64,000 bases of DNA from the NCBI RefSeq assembly GCF_009914755.1, contig NC_060926.1; one strand, 5' to 3'. The notes below the pieces were generated by a model that worked only from the letters and a program-made list of their open reading frames with translations, was not told the DNA's origin and searched no databases. This document shows, piece by piece, positions 1 to 17,005 of this stretch (within the stretch, counting starts at the first letter, position 1; the number at the start of each line of letters is the position of its first letter). The stretch is from the human T2T-CHM13v2.0 reference genome, Homo sapiens. Made by a program: the position numbers and the translations under genes.

Positions 1-557
1 TGTAGATTCAATGGTCCTACACAGGGTATCTAAAATGTCATGTTGCTGCATATGACTAAAGAGTCCTCTGGAATGGCCACAACTGAGAGATAAAGCAACC
101 TCAGGGTCCTGGGAGGGCAAAGCTTGGCCATCACAGCTTCTCAAGTCAGCTAAGTCAGACAGAACTGCAGAGATAGAAGTAGAAGGGAACTCAGATTCTT
201 CCTCGGCTAGGGTAGAATCCTTGGAACAGTGGAGGTCTTTAAATTCTTTACAATCGTCATATCTACCATTGTTGGACTGTTCTTCTGCATGCTGTGACCT
301 GATATTTGACATGTCTTCTGAAAACGAAGATGGAACTTCCATTCGGTATTCTTTAACAGAACTATTTTCAGGGGAAGGAAGATCTTGCTCAGTTCCTGGA
401 TCAATAATTGAGGAGTCTCTGGTCTCATTGTCAGAAGTGCTCGTTGGGGTCAGGACCTCCCTGGTTTCTGTTTTCATGTCACTGATGCAGCTGTCTACAG
501 TGTGCTCCTCATCACTGCTAACACGCCGCCTTTTAATGGGAGTTGCTCCTTCATCAT
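1..557 (-). CDS. USP34: USP34 terminal exon, coding part (continues left of window)
   Basis: Acceptor cag at 558-560. Translates (D)DEGATPIKRRRVSSDEEHTVDSC...DILDTLCRTIEST, an acidic/Ser-rich tail with a basic KRRR cluster. Confidence 0.96.
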
Positions 558-757
558 CTGTGAAAACACATGCCAAAAGGGAAACTTCTCTGAAAGTCAT
601 TAAGATCACGTTAGGGGGGGATGTGGGAAGTTAATTTTGTTTCTAGCATTTATATTTAGGAGGTTCAGCTGAACACACAACTCTTAAACCAGTTACACCA
701 AGTGTATTACTCCCTCCTCCCACCCTAAAGGTAATGATAGTAGTCCATAAAGCTAAC

Positions 758-917
758 CTTTAGTTTTTCTTTCTTTGGCTTCTTGCTCTTGGAGTGAGTT
801 TCTCTGTTGCAGACAAGTCCTGCATTTGCTTAAAAGCTCTTGCAGAGTTGGAATTAGAGCTGGGTTTAACTGTTTGGGAGTGTGTACTGACAGGAGCAAA
901 GCGAGTGCCCTCAGGTC
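758..917 (-). CDS. USP34: USP34 coding exon (160 nt)
   Basis: tag|DLRALALLLSVHTPKQLNPALIPTLQELLSKCRTCLQQRNSLQEQEAKERKTK|gttagc; phase 0 to 1. Confidence 0.96.
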
Positions 918-1063
918 CTACAAAAACCCAGATAGGAACATTTCAAATTCTAAAGCCAACACTTTGATGCAGTTGTTTACAGTTAATTGCAGATGTTTAT
1001 TTTCCCAGGAATCCATTCTTTCCTAAGAATACCCTGGTTTCTCTGGGATTCTTAGAATGATAA

Positions 1064-1418
<355 letters not shown>

Positions 1419-2114
1419 TCATTAGTTCTTAAAGTCACTAATAGCATTATTTTATGCCCACGAACCAGTAAGTCAGACCAAAGCCTGAAATAGTGTTTTC
1501 TGAAAAATGGAAAAGGAAATATAAGAATTTTAAAAACAAACCTTGAAATCAGTTTCTCAAGTTAAAATTCTGATGGATGTCACAAATAGTAAGGTCTTCC
1601 TTACTGAGCTCTGTCATCTGTTTTGGCTTTTATGCATACTGTGATTTGGGAGGCTGCTGCTCAACATTCTAGCCCATTTCCAGAGTGTTCCATTATTCTA
1701 GGACATGGCTGTCATGGGAGTCTGCACAAGGCAACTAATGCTCTAGATTTAACTGCCTTTTTTAAATCAGTAGATCATTAATTGTTTCAGTTACATAGGA
1801 GCCATAGGCAGTAATAGAAACATCACAAGTATTGTTTCCAAAAATATACCCAAGTAGAGATAAGACCACTAAGATGTTCCCTTTATTACCTTTCAGCATT
1901 TAATGATACCAGCTTGTAGCTTCCAAGGTGATAGAGTGTGCTGTGTACATACAAGGCATAGTAAACGTGTATTTAAAACTTGTTTTTTTGTCGCACATGG
2001 CTTAAGAGTTTGAATCAGTAAGTTAAAGTTACGAGAGTAAAATCATATGAAGGCCACACAGTTAACTGAAGGACAGTTTAAAAGTGTGTGCCGCCGCCTC
2101 TGCATAGTTCTTAC

Positions 2115-2258
2115 CCCATTTAAAGAAGCACTTGCTTTGGAAATTTCAACTCGGTTGGAGAAATCAGACTGTAGGTTCTGATACTGGCTTATCAAGTTTG
2201 TAATAAGAGTGCTGATCAAATTGGCACAGTTTGCTTCAGAAAACACTTGACTTTGAAC
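2115..2258 (-). CDS. USP34: USP34 coding exon (144 nt)
   Basis: cag|VQSQVFSEANCANLISTLITNLISQYQNLQSDFSNRVEISKASASLNG|gtaaga. Confidence 0.96.
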
Positions 2259-2361
2259 CTGAAAAAGAAGATTTAAAAAAATCTCCAAAAGACCAGCATA
2301 ATGAAACCACAAGCATTAACTAATTGGAAATGACACACTGAGTTTCCAAAGTACTACGTAC

Positions 2362-2502
2362 CTTTAGAAGGAAATGTGTCATGAACGTGTAGACAATGTT
2401 GTTGTTTAAAAAAGTTCTTTCATCCATTAGGATACATTTAATATATTCTGCGAAAACAGGATCTTCACACAAAAGCTTGATGCAGTTTTTTGACATAGCA
2501 GA
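2362..2502 (-). CDS. USP34: USP34 coding exon (141 nt)
   Basis: tag|SAMSKNCIKLLCEDPVFAEYIKCILMDERTFLNNNIVYTFMTHFLLK|gtacgt. Confidence 0.96.
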
Positions 2503-2520
2503 CTAAAGTGGGGAGAAGAT

Positions 2521-2587
2521 GGTTGAGCACTTACGGTTGAGCACGGAAAAAACTTACACGGAAAAAACTTACACAGAAAAAACATAC
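2521..2587. repeat. Short tandem repeats (14-bp x1.7 then 15-bp x3)
   Basis: GGTTGAGCACTTAC-GGTTGAGCAC; ACGGAAAAAACTTAC x2 + ACAGAAAAAACATAC. Confidence 0.9.
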
Positions 2588-4744
2588 ACTTGTGTATGAT
2601 GGAATCTGAAGCCACTGAAAATCCTACTTGAAAAGCCATGTCTAACTCACCTATTGAATTTTTAGTTAACAGCAACTATTTTTCATACAGTAAAATGTTA
2701 CTAATTTAGATTAAGGGAGTGCTGGGGGAAGACACTGATGCCGAAACTGAACAAATGTTTTAAAAGAAATGCAGGTTTATTATCCAGCACTGAGAGAGTT
2801 AACAAGGACTGGAAAAATAAGGCTAACAAAGAATAGGATGTGAATGTTTTCAAGGGCCAAATTAATGTATTTATAGGTAACCAGAGCATATGTTGCAAAA
2901 AGACACATTTTAAGAATCAAAATCAATTCTCCAAAATGTTTTAAACTTTACTGTATATTCTCGCTAGCAACAGTAATTCTGTAAATACCTTTTCCCCCCA
3001 TAAACACTGCAAGGGTAAACAATAAATCTTCTTTCCTAATTATCTCACACACAATCAGTGGTCTCAATATATGGAAATTTTACTAAAATTTGGTTTTCCT
3101 GTTTTCAAATAGTCATGGCTCTTAAACACAAGTAGTATGTCTTTAAGCAGATACACTCCATAGATTTAAATGTGCATTTTAATAATTTATATGGAAAAAA
3201 GCAATATATTTTTTAAATAGGACAAAATTTAGATTATATATATATATATATGCATATGTGTATATCTTATTAAAGTATGCAGCTGTCATAAGTAAATTAC
3301 TCAAGGTCAGTCAAGAAATTAGGATTCAAGTAGGACCAAGACCCAGGTCTTGAGATCCTTAACACTAGGAAAAACCTGCCTTGGTCTACCAGTCACAGCC
3401 TGTGCCTCTGCCTCTGTTTCTTGCTCAGGATGGCTGCTTCTATAGCACTGGAAGCTTTGGAGGCCTTATATGGTTAGGCTTTGTTTTAAGGGAAATTTGG
3501 GGGCACAGTGAGTTCTGTCTGTGAAAGAAGTCAAGCGAAGGGAGTCCTGCGATGCAGAAGTAGAGAAAGCAATAGGGAGCAATAGGTAGTGGGAGAGTAC
3601 AGAAACCAAGAAACTACCCAAATCAGGAAGAATGAAAAAGAACAGCAGTAGCAGTGGAGAGGGAAAACGAGATCTCCAATTGACTGAACAGAACACTCAG
3701 CTCAAAAATCAACTGATAAAAGTCATTTTCTGAATGCCTACTGTATGCTAAGTCAAGTGAGCTAAGATCAGTGTATACTAGCCTCTGAAAGATTTCTACT
3801 GTAGAGAACAAAGTGGCATTTCTTCAGGGGATGGAGATGACTCTGATAAGGTCTCTACACTTGAGTTCTGTTTTGGAAAAGTAGAGAAACCACCAGTAGA
3901 GTACAGGATGGCAAACATCTAGGAGAATCCAGAGCACACTACAGCCTGGTAGGAGGCTGAACCAGACTCAAAATACTTCAGGAAAGCATGATGTGGGTCA
4001 AGGGTTGCACCTAAGGAAGGTGAATAAATTCATCTCTTCCAATGGGGTAGAGCAGATGCAACCAGGCAGTACAATCAACAGTTTTTTCAGGGACTGAAAG
4101 GTAGTGGGGATCCTTTATGCCTGATCCAAGGAATGAGCCAAACATTAGTACCTCCTCCTCTTCCCAATTCTGCCTTTGTAACTTAACAAGCATTATTTAT
4201 GCAGCCACTTAATTTTAAGGAGTTGGCTCTTAGACACTTAAGGTAGGAACAGTAATCTTTCCTGTTTTCAAGGAGATCGCTGTAAGAAAACAAGTGCATC
4301 AGACCCCTGAAAAACTACAGATTATGAAAAGCTAAAGGACAGACTGCTGACAGGGTTTCTGCTAGAGGTTTTGGAATGGTGGAAAAGAGGTAGAGACAGG
4401 GAGGTGAAGGAGAGGAAGAAGTGGCAAGTGCCTTTTCCCCCACTATCTCCCTGTTTTGGATTTTCCCCACAACTGTTGATATACATCTATAAATGAGAAA
4501 TTCAATTATAACCAGCTTATTTAAAATATCCTCTATGATAGAAATCTACTTAAGTTAAAAAAATCAAAGGGAAACTAGATGCCTAATATGTAATAGCTAG
4601 TATTTTCATTCATTCATATGTTACCTATCAAGATTCTAAAATGTCCCCACTTTTCAGCAAGTCTTCAACCCACTGTTCCTAAAATTATTGACCACTTGGT
4701 CAGATAAGATTAAAGACCAATCATCTAAAACTCATTTTCTTTAC

Positions 4745-4824
4745 CTGAGTCTGGCATAGCTCAGTCCAAAGTTTGGGGAACAGTGCAAGATGAAGTGGCA
4801 AACCTTCATAGGCAACTAGGACAC
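4745..4824 (-). CDS. USP34: USP34 coding exon (80 nt)
   Basis: tag|(S)VLVAYEGLPLHLALFPKLWTELCQTQ|gtaaag. Confidence 0.95.
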
Positions 4825-5642
4825 CTAATATTTGAAAAGAAATCAGAATAGGTTATAATTATAAATTATACTAGTGAGATACTCAACTCTGCAGGTACAA
4901 TATTACAGCTATTTCTAGTCATAACTGCATATTTTCTATATTTTAAAGTACATAAAGGGGAAAAATTCATTCCAATGTTTAGTGAAATATCTTAGAATGT
5001 GGTACTTTGAATTTATTTATATCCTATACCTCATTCCTGAAGGATATGGGACTTAAATCAACTCTTCTTTTTTGAGTATTAGAACTTTATCTGGGAAAAG
5101 AAAAAGTTACTGCAAGTGGCTCCAAATCTTTCTTGGATTAAGGTACCACTCTGCCTATTAGATAATTTTCATAGGGTGGCTAGACTGCAGGAGGGAGGAG
5201 GGGAAAGGTAAAAAAAAAAAAAAAAAAAAAAAAAAAGTGGAGAATTAAACATATCTTTCCTCTTTTACCTTCTTTCTTCAAAGATAGAATGACCTTTGTG
5301 GTACATTTAAGTAAATGCGGCCCTTAACACCAGTTTCTTGGCTTGTTCCCAGGATCTTCTGAGTGGACCGCATCTGGCACTATGTCAGAGAGTGCTATTT
5401 GGAACCTCTATGAATTTACTTCTCCACTTCTTGACTATTCCAGATGTAAAATATGTCACTAAGATGTGTGCCCCTATCCTCTGTCATCCTATCTCTGAAA
5501 GTACAGAAGCTTCATTACCACAGTCCTAAATGAATTTCCCATCTTCCACATCCCCTAGGGTCCCCAGGGCAAGTATAATCATGGAGAAGAAGAAATATAA
5601 CACAGACCATCCTCTTCCAGTTAAGAAAAGACTGAGTTAGAC

Positions 5643-5948
5643 AAGGAGTCAGCAAACTTGTTCTGGGAAGGGCCAAATAGTGTTTGAGGCTTTGTGGCCA
5701 TGCTCTGTTAACACAGCTCAACCCTGCTGAGGCAGTGTGAAGGCAGCCTTAGACAAGAGTAAGGAAATGGGTGTGGCTGTCTTTCAGTAAAACTTTACAA
5801 ACACTGAAATGGGAATCTCATAATTTTCATGTCAGAAAATATTCTATATTAAAAAAAAATTTAAAAATATGAAAACTATTCTTAGCTAGCAGGTAGCCAT
5901 GGTTATACAAAAACAGGCAGCATGTGGGTTGTAATTTGCCAAACCGTG
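5643..5948. mobile_element. MER58B-like hAT-Charlie element
   Basis: AAGGAGTCAGCAAAC...TTTGCCAAACCGTG termini; 8-bp TSD AGTTAGAC/GGTTAGAC. Confidence 0.78.
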
Positions 5949-6269
5949 GGTTAGACCAAGGACTTGAGAACATCCTACACAGGCAAGTCAGGTCACTCAC
6001 TCAGAACTTACCAAGGATGCCTAGGATCCCTTCCACAGGTAAGCCAATTTATTTTCCTGTCAAGATGAGTCCCTTTAGACACAAGAGGCAAGGAAATGCT
6101 ACTTCCCCTTTATCCTAACCTAATCTGGTTGGTGTTTGGCAGCATATACCCACCACGGTATCACCACACACATAGGTAAACAAGGACATGTCATCACATC
6201 TGTGGCTATAGGGAAGAGAGTTCCTACGTTCCCATGTTCCTGTATCCTAATTACTCATCAAAGTAGAGG

Positions 6270-7636
<1,367 letters not shown>

Positions 7637-7740
7637 ACCTCTGAACTAGAGGCTGCTCTGACATTAACCCTCTTATGGGCAAGCAGACTGTATACTACAA
7701 TTTCTCTAGTCATTTCTCCCCTACTATCCCCCCAAAGTAA

Positions 7741-9136
<1,396 letters not shown>

Positions 9137-9459
9137 TTAAAGAAGGAAATGAACATTTTCTAGGTATGTCAGATCATTATATTAAATTTTCTCATCAATT
9201 TTGAGAGCCATCGTTTTATCCTAATTTTGCGCTTCTTTTGGATGAGGAAATTAGGCTCACAGAGATTATATAATCCTCTCAAATTCATTCCAAAGTCAGT
9301 ATTGATATAGTTAAGACTGTAGTCTACCCCAGATTTATCTGATTCCAAAGCCCATAAGCTTTTCAATGTTTTCCGCAACTTCAGTCCATTTGTTAGCATT
9401 TTCATGATTTTCTTCACATCTGCCATCACCTGTACTATTGTTTACTTAATACTTACTTT

Positions 9460-9912
<453 letters not shown>

Positions 9913-10129
9913 GCAGTACCAGTTTTCCATAATATTAAAATAACTTATTAAAATTACAAAACCAATGCATAATCATTACAATTAATTTAAACCTTACAGA
10001 TATATTTAACCTAGAAAATGAAAGCATTCTATAATTTCATCCTTATAGAGTAAAATTCCTCTACTTTTTTCTGTACATGTACTAAGAGCGATTTTCCCCT
10101 TGTTTATAAGAATGTTTATATTCTGCATA

Positions 10130-11665
<1,536 letters not shown>

Positions 11666-12894
11666 TGAAATAAGGGAGAAAAACATCTACATTTGAAAAA
11701 AGGACAAATAAAAAATAAAAATGGTGAGAAAAGGTCTGTGATATCTTGATATTTATCTTTCTGATATTTTGAACTGTGAAGTATCTATTAAATTCTAAAA
11801 AATAAAATAAAAACTACCATAACTTTACTAAGTATTTTACACATCAGCAGTGCCAGTCCCTCTTACCATTGCTCTTTTTCGAGAGCTTTTTTAGGCTAAA
11901 CCTGTGTGTGTGCGCATGCAGAGAGACAGGGTCTCTCTCTGTTGCCCTGGCTGGAGTATAGTGGTGTGATCACAGCTCACTGCAGCTTTGACTTCCTGGG
12001 CTAAAGTGATCCTTCCACCTCAGCCTCCTGAGTAGCTGGGACCATAGGTGTGTGACACCACATGTGGCTAATTAAAAAAAATGTTTTTGTAGAGAAGGGG
12101 TCTCCCCATGTTGCCCAGGCTTCTGCTGTTTTTAAGTATCAAAATACTTGCCGACACAGTTTTTTTCAGATGGCAGTTGGCAGCTTTGTTCACCCTTCCT
12201 GAATTCTCTTTCCCTTTCTTTCCGTTTCCTCCAACCCCATCCCCTCACCATCCTCACTTCAAAAACACTCCAACCCTCTCGCTTATTATTTAGTATCTGC
12301 AACTCTACTGTTCTCTGCAATTCAAATCTGTAATTATTATATATTTCTCTTTATCCTCTAACCAATCTTAAGATCTGCTCAGTTGCCCATATGAAAATTA
12401 CCACAAAGACTTTTCCTCATAACTGGAAATGACTTGCAATCCATTATAGGTCTTGAGATGTTCTCACCAATGGTCACAATATTTTAATATTGTGGCCCTT
12501 GGACATGTAACCTCAACGTTCAAATGATTAAAGATATAACCAATTTAAACTTACCCTTTTCATTTCTTGTTGCCAAATATAATTTCTTGAAGAAATTATA
12601 CAAATTAAAATTCTCTACCAACTCTGTGTGGTCATTAATGTGGACTTTCTTTTCTCAAGCCCTTTCCTGGGCCTCTCCTTGGAAACAGTCATTCGGTCAG
12701 CTCAAACTGTGGGACACAACTCTTTCCATTTATAGGAGGCATTAATGATAGGATTGTTTTTAGGAAACAATAGGAAAGTTCTTAGGTCTTTGTCTAAGAC
12801 CTAAGAACTTTGTATCTAAGACAATGTCCAATTTTCTGTATTAACCAAGAAAAATTTTTTTCTTGCTCAATTTGTGGAGGTTTTGATTTATATT

Positions 12895-13393
12895 TAATGC
12901 TGTGCCACCAGTCACATTTGGCTATTTAAATTTATTTTGGTTAAAATTAAAGTAAAAATTCAGTTCCTTAGTCACATTTCAAGTTCTCAACACTCACAAA
13001 TGATGGGCTACTGACTACTATGCATGGTGGTACAGTCAAAGAATATTTCCATCCTCATAGAAAGTTTTTTTTTTTTTTTTTTTTTTTGAGACTGGGTCTC
13101 GCTTAGTCACCAGGCTGGAGTGCAGTGGCTTGATCTCGGCTCACGGCAACCTCCGCCTCCCAGGTTCAAGCAATTCTCTGGCCTCTCAGTCTCCCAAGTA
13201 GCTGCAACTACAGGCACGTACCACCATGCCTAGCTAATTTTTTTATTTTTAGTAGAGACATTTCACCATGTTGGCCAGGATGGTCTCGATCTCTTGACCT
13301 CGTGATCCGCCCGCCTTGGCCTCCCAAAGTGCTGGGATTACAAGCGTGAGCCACCACGTCCGGCCCTTATAGAAAGTTCTATAAAATAGTGCT
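12895..13393. mobile_element. MER33/MER3-like hAT element split by a minus-strand Alu (13067-13365)
   Basis: CACATTTGGCTATTTAAATTTA..CAGTTCCTTAGTCACATTTCAAG motifs; Alu TSD CTCATAGAAAGTT/CTTATAGAAAGTT. Confidence 0.7.
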
Positions 13394-14992
13394 AATATAG
13401 AGAACTAAACCCTATGAGGCAACATTGATAGTGCTTCATGGTTACAAAAGTGATAAGACTGAATCACAAAAGCTGATTCAGCTGATGTGACGGCAAGTAT
13501 TCTTTCCTTTCTTCCATTTCTCCACCATGTTTAATTCCCCTGAAAGTGTGCACTTGGGTTGACAAGACAACCCAAAACAGGGTAGAACATTCAATATTTG
13601 GTTAAAGCTGTCCGAGTAGCTAGAATAGTTCCTCACGTAACTTTTAGTATAAATTATATGAACACAATTACCAAAAATTTTTTAAAAAGTGTTTTTATAA
13701 TTACCCTTCTTTATATGGGAGCAAGGCTGTACTACTAGAACTCCTGGATATTTTCTTACACCTGATTACTGCCAATGATGGGTTTTGGCCTTTTACCAAG
13801 TACCATGACCCAGGTGCATAATCCTGAAACGGCCAATCTGAATATATTCTCATCCCCCTACATCTTGGCATTCCAGCCATCCATATATAAAACCAGCTAA
13901 TAATACCAGGTTACCAGGAACCAGCTTTCAAATCTAAAAATGCTCTAATCACTTGCCAATAAGATGGTTTTGCTGAAGTGGAATTATCCCTGACAGCTGT
14001 TACCACTTTCTTCTTCTTGGATAATGAATTCTAAGGTAGGGTCACATCTTCTGCCCTACCTGGAATGTATCAAAACCTTTTCCATAGGAAGGAGAGGGCT
14101 ACGACTGATGAGGGGCACAAAGAAGGACTTGCAGGGTATGGCAATATTTTATTTCTTGATCTGGGTAGTAGTTCCGCAAGTATTTCACGTCCCACTCTGA
14201 AAACTATAGAACATTGGAGAGGATCCTGGCCCATCCCTAATGAAGTCAAGAGGGAGGACACAGACGCCTAGAACTCTGGAAGTCCCGAGATAGAGGACCT
14301 CTGGAGGAGAGCTGCATGTCTCTGAAAAACTTATCAGCTATAGGAATGTTACCCAAAGGGAGCAGTTCTCTAACAGCTCTTAGGCACATTACTGCAGAGA
14401 CAATATTACTAAAGATATTCGAGACCCCCCGCCACATAATTCACTGATGGTTTTGTTTTCTGTTTCTCATCATCTCCGTTTTCAAGTTTCTCTTCTTCTC
14501 ACTCACCTATTTTATGAGACTTACCTCCTAATTACTCATATATGCACCTCTGCTTCACACTGGCAAGCCCACTGCTCTTGCCATTGCCAGCTCCAAAGCA
14601 CAGCTGGCACTATAGATCTCATCGCACCCTCAAGAGCAGGGCTGGGGAGTCCACCTCTACGCCTGCCTCCCTAAGCAGAGCAGTTTTGTTTTTTGTTTTC
14701 AGAATCTGCTGGGCAGATGGTGGAGGATGTGGGCTTCTATGTACAGAAGTGATCAGCCCTACTCCACACTCCTTTATAGGCCAGCTGAAACTCTGGGCAG
14801 AACTATTCAATGGAAACCAGTAAGTTGGTGTTTTCTTAATGAAAATTAAAATGTTCCCAAGAATATTAATATTTTTAAGCATTCACTTTAAAAAAAGAAA
14901 AAAAGGATTGTCTCATAATTTTTCTCCCCTTCCTGAATGACTAGGGGCTTAAAATAATTCAGTGGAATTTACTGCTCATCTTTTATACTTAC

Positions 14993-15116
14993 TCAGCTTA
15001 ACTAATGTTTCAGTAAATTTTTCACAGTTGATTGCAACTCGGCATAATAGATGGATGAACTGATGATAAGAAAAGAAGTAGTCTAGCAGCATACGATCAT
15101 AAACGTCATCTTTGCC
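14993..15116 (-). CDS. USP34: USP34 coding exon (124 nt)
   Basis: cag|GKDDVYDRMLLDYFFSYHQFIHLLCRVAINCEKFTETLVKL|gtaagt. Confidence 0.96.
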
Positions 15117-16109
15117 CTGAAGGTTAAAGATGATAAAATGGTTGCACTTAAATTGTATAATAAAGAGCATATTTTGTGCAAATGTAATAAGTTTAACTAA
15201 AAAGCTGATTCAATATTTATATTCTATAAGAACCTAGTTTTAAAATCCAAATTTCTAGTAATGTTATGATCTTAATTGTCGTAAGTTTATTTTCAGTGTG
15301 CAAATGCTATGAATTAAAATTACCCATTATTTCTATATACTTTAATAAAGTAAAATTACTGTAGGATTTTAAAATGTGACACTTTAGCTCTACAGACATA
15401 TCAAGAAAAATGAATTAAGTTTGACTTTTGAAATAGATTCCAAGTTATTCCTGTAATGTTAATTATTTTAAATATTTTATCTTATAAGAACTTCTCAAGT
15501 ATACTGAAAATCCGAAGATGGCAAGCAAGGGAGAGTGTGAATGAAGTGTGGGTAAAGAAAGATAAAGGGAAAAATTGTTTTTAAAAAAGTTGAAACTAAG
15601 ATAAATTATCCTGTATCAATGTACCTTGTCTCTATAATTTAGAATTGGCATTATTTTAGAATATGAGTTAGAAGAAAGGAACCAGACTAAAAATGATGAC
15701 AAATCTATCAATCAATATTATGCTTAGGTCAAAGGAATATAATTTAAGGGAAGTAGAAGAAGTCATTGATTATATGGCCAAATTAAAAAAAAAAAAAACA
15801 GTACCTAATGACTTTTCAAATTTAGATATATGACCCAGTTATAATTTAGCCTAGTGACAAATATTAAGACTTACTATTAAGGTAATTTTTGAGGGGGAAA
15901 AAAAACTTACTACTTGTGCTTATTGTTGATTTTTGCAAATGTTCAACCAACATTTCAGAGCACTAAAAGGAAAAAGTCCAAATGAATCTAATCTTCTTAG
16001 GATCCACAAAATTGGTCACTTAAGTCTAACCTATTCATAACTGCCAGGGGAAAAATTTCAAATTACTTTGTACTATAGCAACATGGATTTTCCTGGCATC
16101 CCAACATAC

Positions 16110-16234
16110 CTTACTGGTTTCCACCATTGTGGGCAAGAGGCACATATTGAGTTCAGGGCGCGGAGGCCGAATATTGCTTTTCCCTCCTATTAGCTTGATA
16201 TTTTCTCGACAAGGGAAATAAGGTCCAAGAGACA
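16110..16234 (-). CDS. USP34: USP34 coding exon (125 nt)
   Basis: tag|(M)SLGPYFPCRENIKLIGGKSNIRPPRPELNMCLLPTMVETSK|gtatgt. Confidence 0.96.
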
Positions 16235-16350
16235 CTAAGATATTAAAAGTGTACAGTAAGAATAAATGGAAAAAATAAATCTCCATGCTTCAGTGTGCAG
16301 AACGATTAAATGCGAACCATATTGAAGTACTGTGCTAGATAAATACGTAC

Positions 16351-16455
16351 TTGGTATATTACTGTGATGGTAAGTACAATGGTTGTGTTGTAGAAAGGGA
16401 ACCAGAGTATGAAGAAAATCATGGGGACTCAAAAGTACAAGTTCCTTGAGGACAT
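16351..16455 (-). CDS. USP34: USP34 coding exon (105 nt)
   Basis: cag|(D)VLKELVLLSPHDFLHTLVPFLQHNHCTYHHSNIP|gtacgt. Confidence 0.96.
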
Positions 16456-16737
16456 CTGAAAATAAAAACAAAGTTTGGGTAGCAAAAAATTAAGAGTTAT
16501 ATCTGCCTACTACTTTCCATCTTACAAATCCTATGATTGCCTCACTACAACCAGTTTAATGAGTCTAAAACTAAGCTCCTGACACGAGTAGAAATTCTGT
16601 CTTATGCTCAATCAAGTTTAGATCAACAGAGTTATTAACGACAATAGGGCATCATTTGGAAACAAAAGATTAAAACACTATTTATTGGTATTTTGTTTTA
16701 AGTATGAGATATTTTCTGGCAACATACAGTGAGGGAT

Positions 16738-17005
16738 TTTTTTTTGGTCTCCCAGGCTGGAGTGCAGTGGTGCAATCAGCTCACTACAGCCTTGAGCTCC
16801 TGGGTGCAAGTGATCCTCCTGCCTCAGGCTCCCAAGTAGCTGAAACTACCGGCATGCACCACCACACCCAGCTATTTTTTTTGTTTGTTTTTGTAGAGAT
16901 GAGGTCTTGCTATGTTGCCCAGGCTGCTTTTGAATTCCTGGTCTCGAGCAATCCCCTCCTGCCTAGACCTCCCGAACTGCATGGATTACAGGCATGAGCC
17001 AGCCC
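16738..17005 (-). mobile_element. Alu (J-type)
   Basis: Diverged reverse Alu dimer. Confidence 0.85.

Noticed and set aside
221-634. 137-aa + strand ORF
   Set aside because: Antisense shadow of the USP34 last exon; no recognisable protein or independent gene signals.
2521-2587. CRISPR-like interpretation of short repeats
   Set aside because: Eukaryotic context; the repeats are contiguous with no unique spacers.
13700-14450. Non-Alu, moderately GC-rich block with short ORFs, considered as a hidden exon or pseudogene
   Set aside because: USP34 phases close without it, no recognisable protein, and parts resemble L1/L2 relics.
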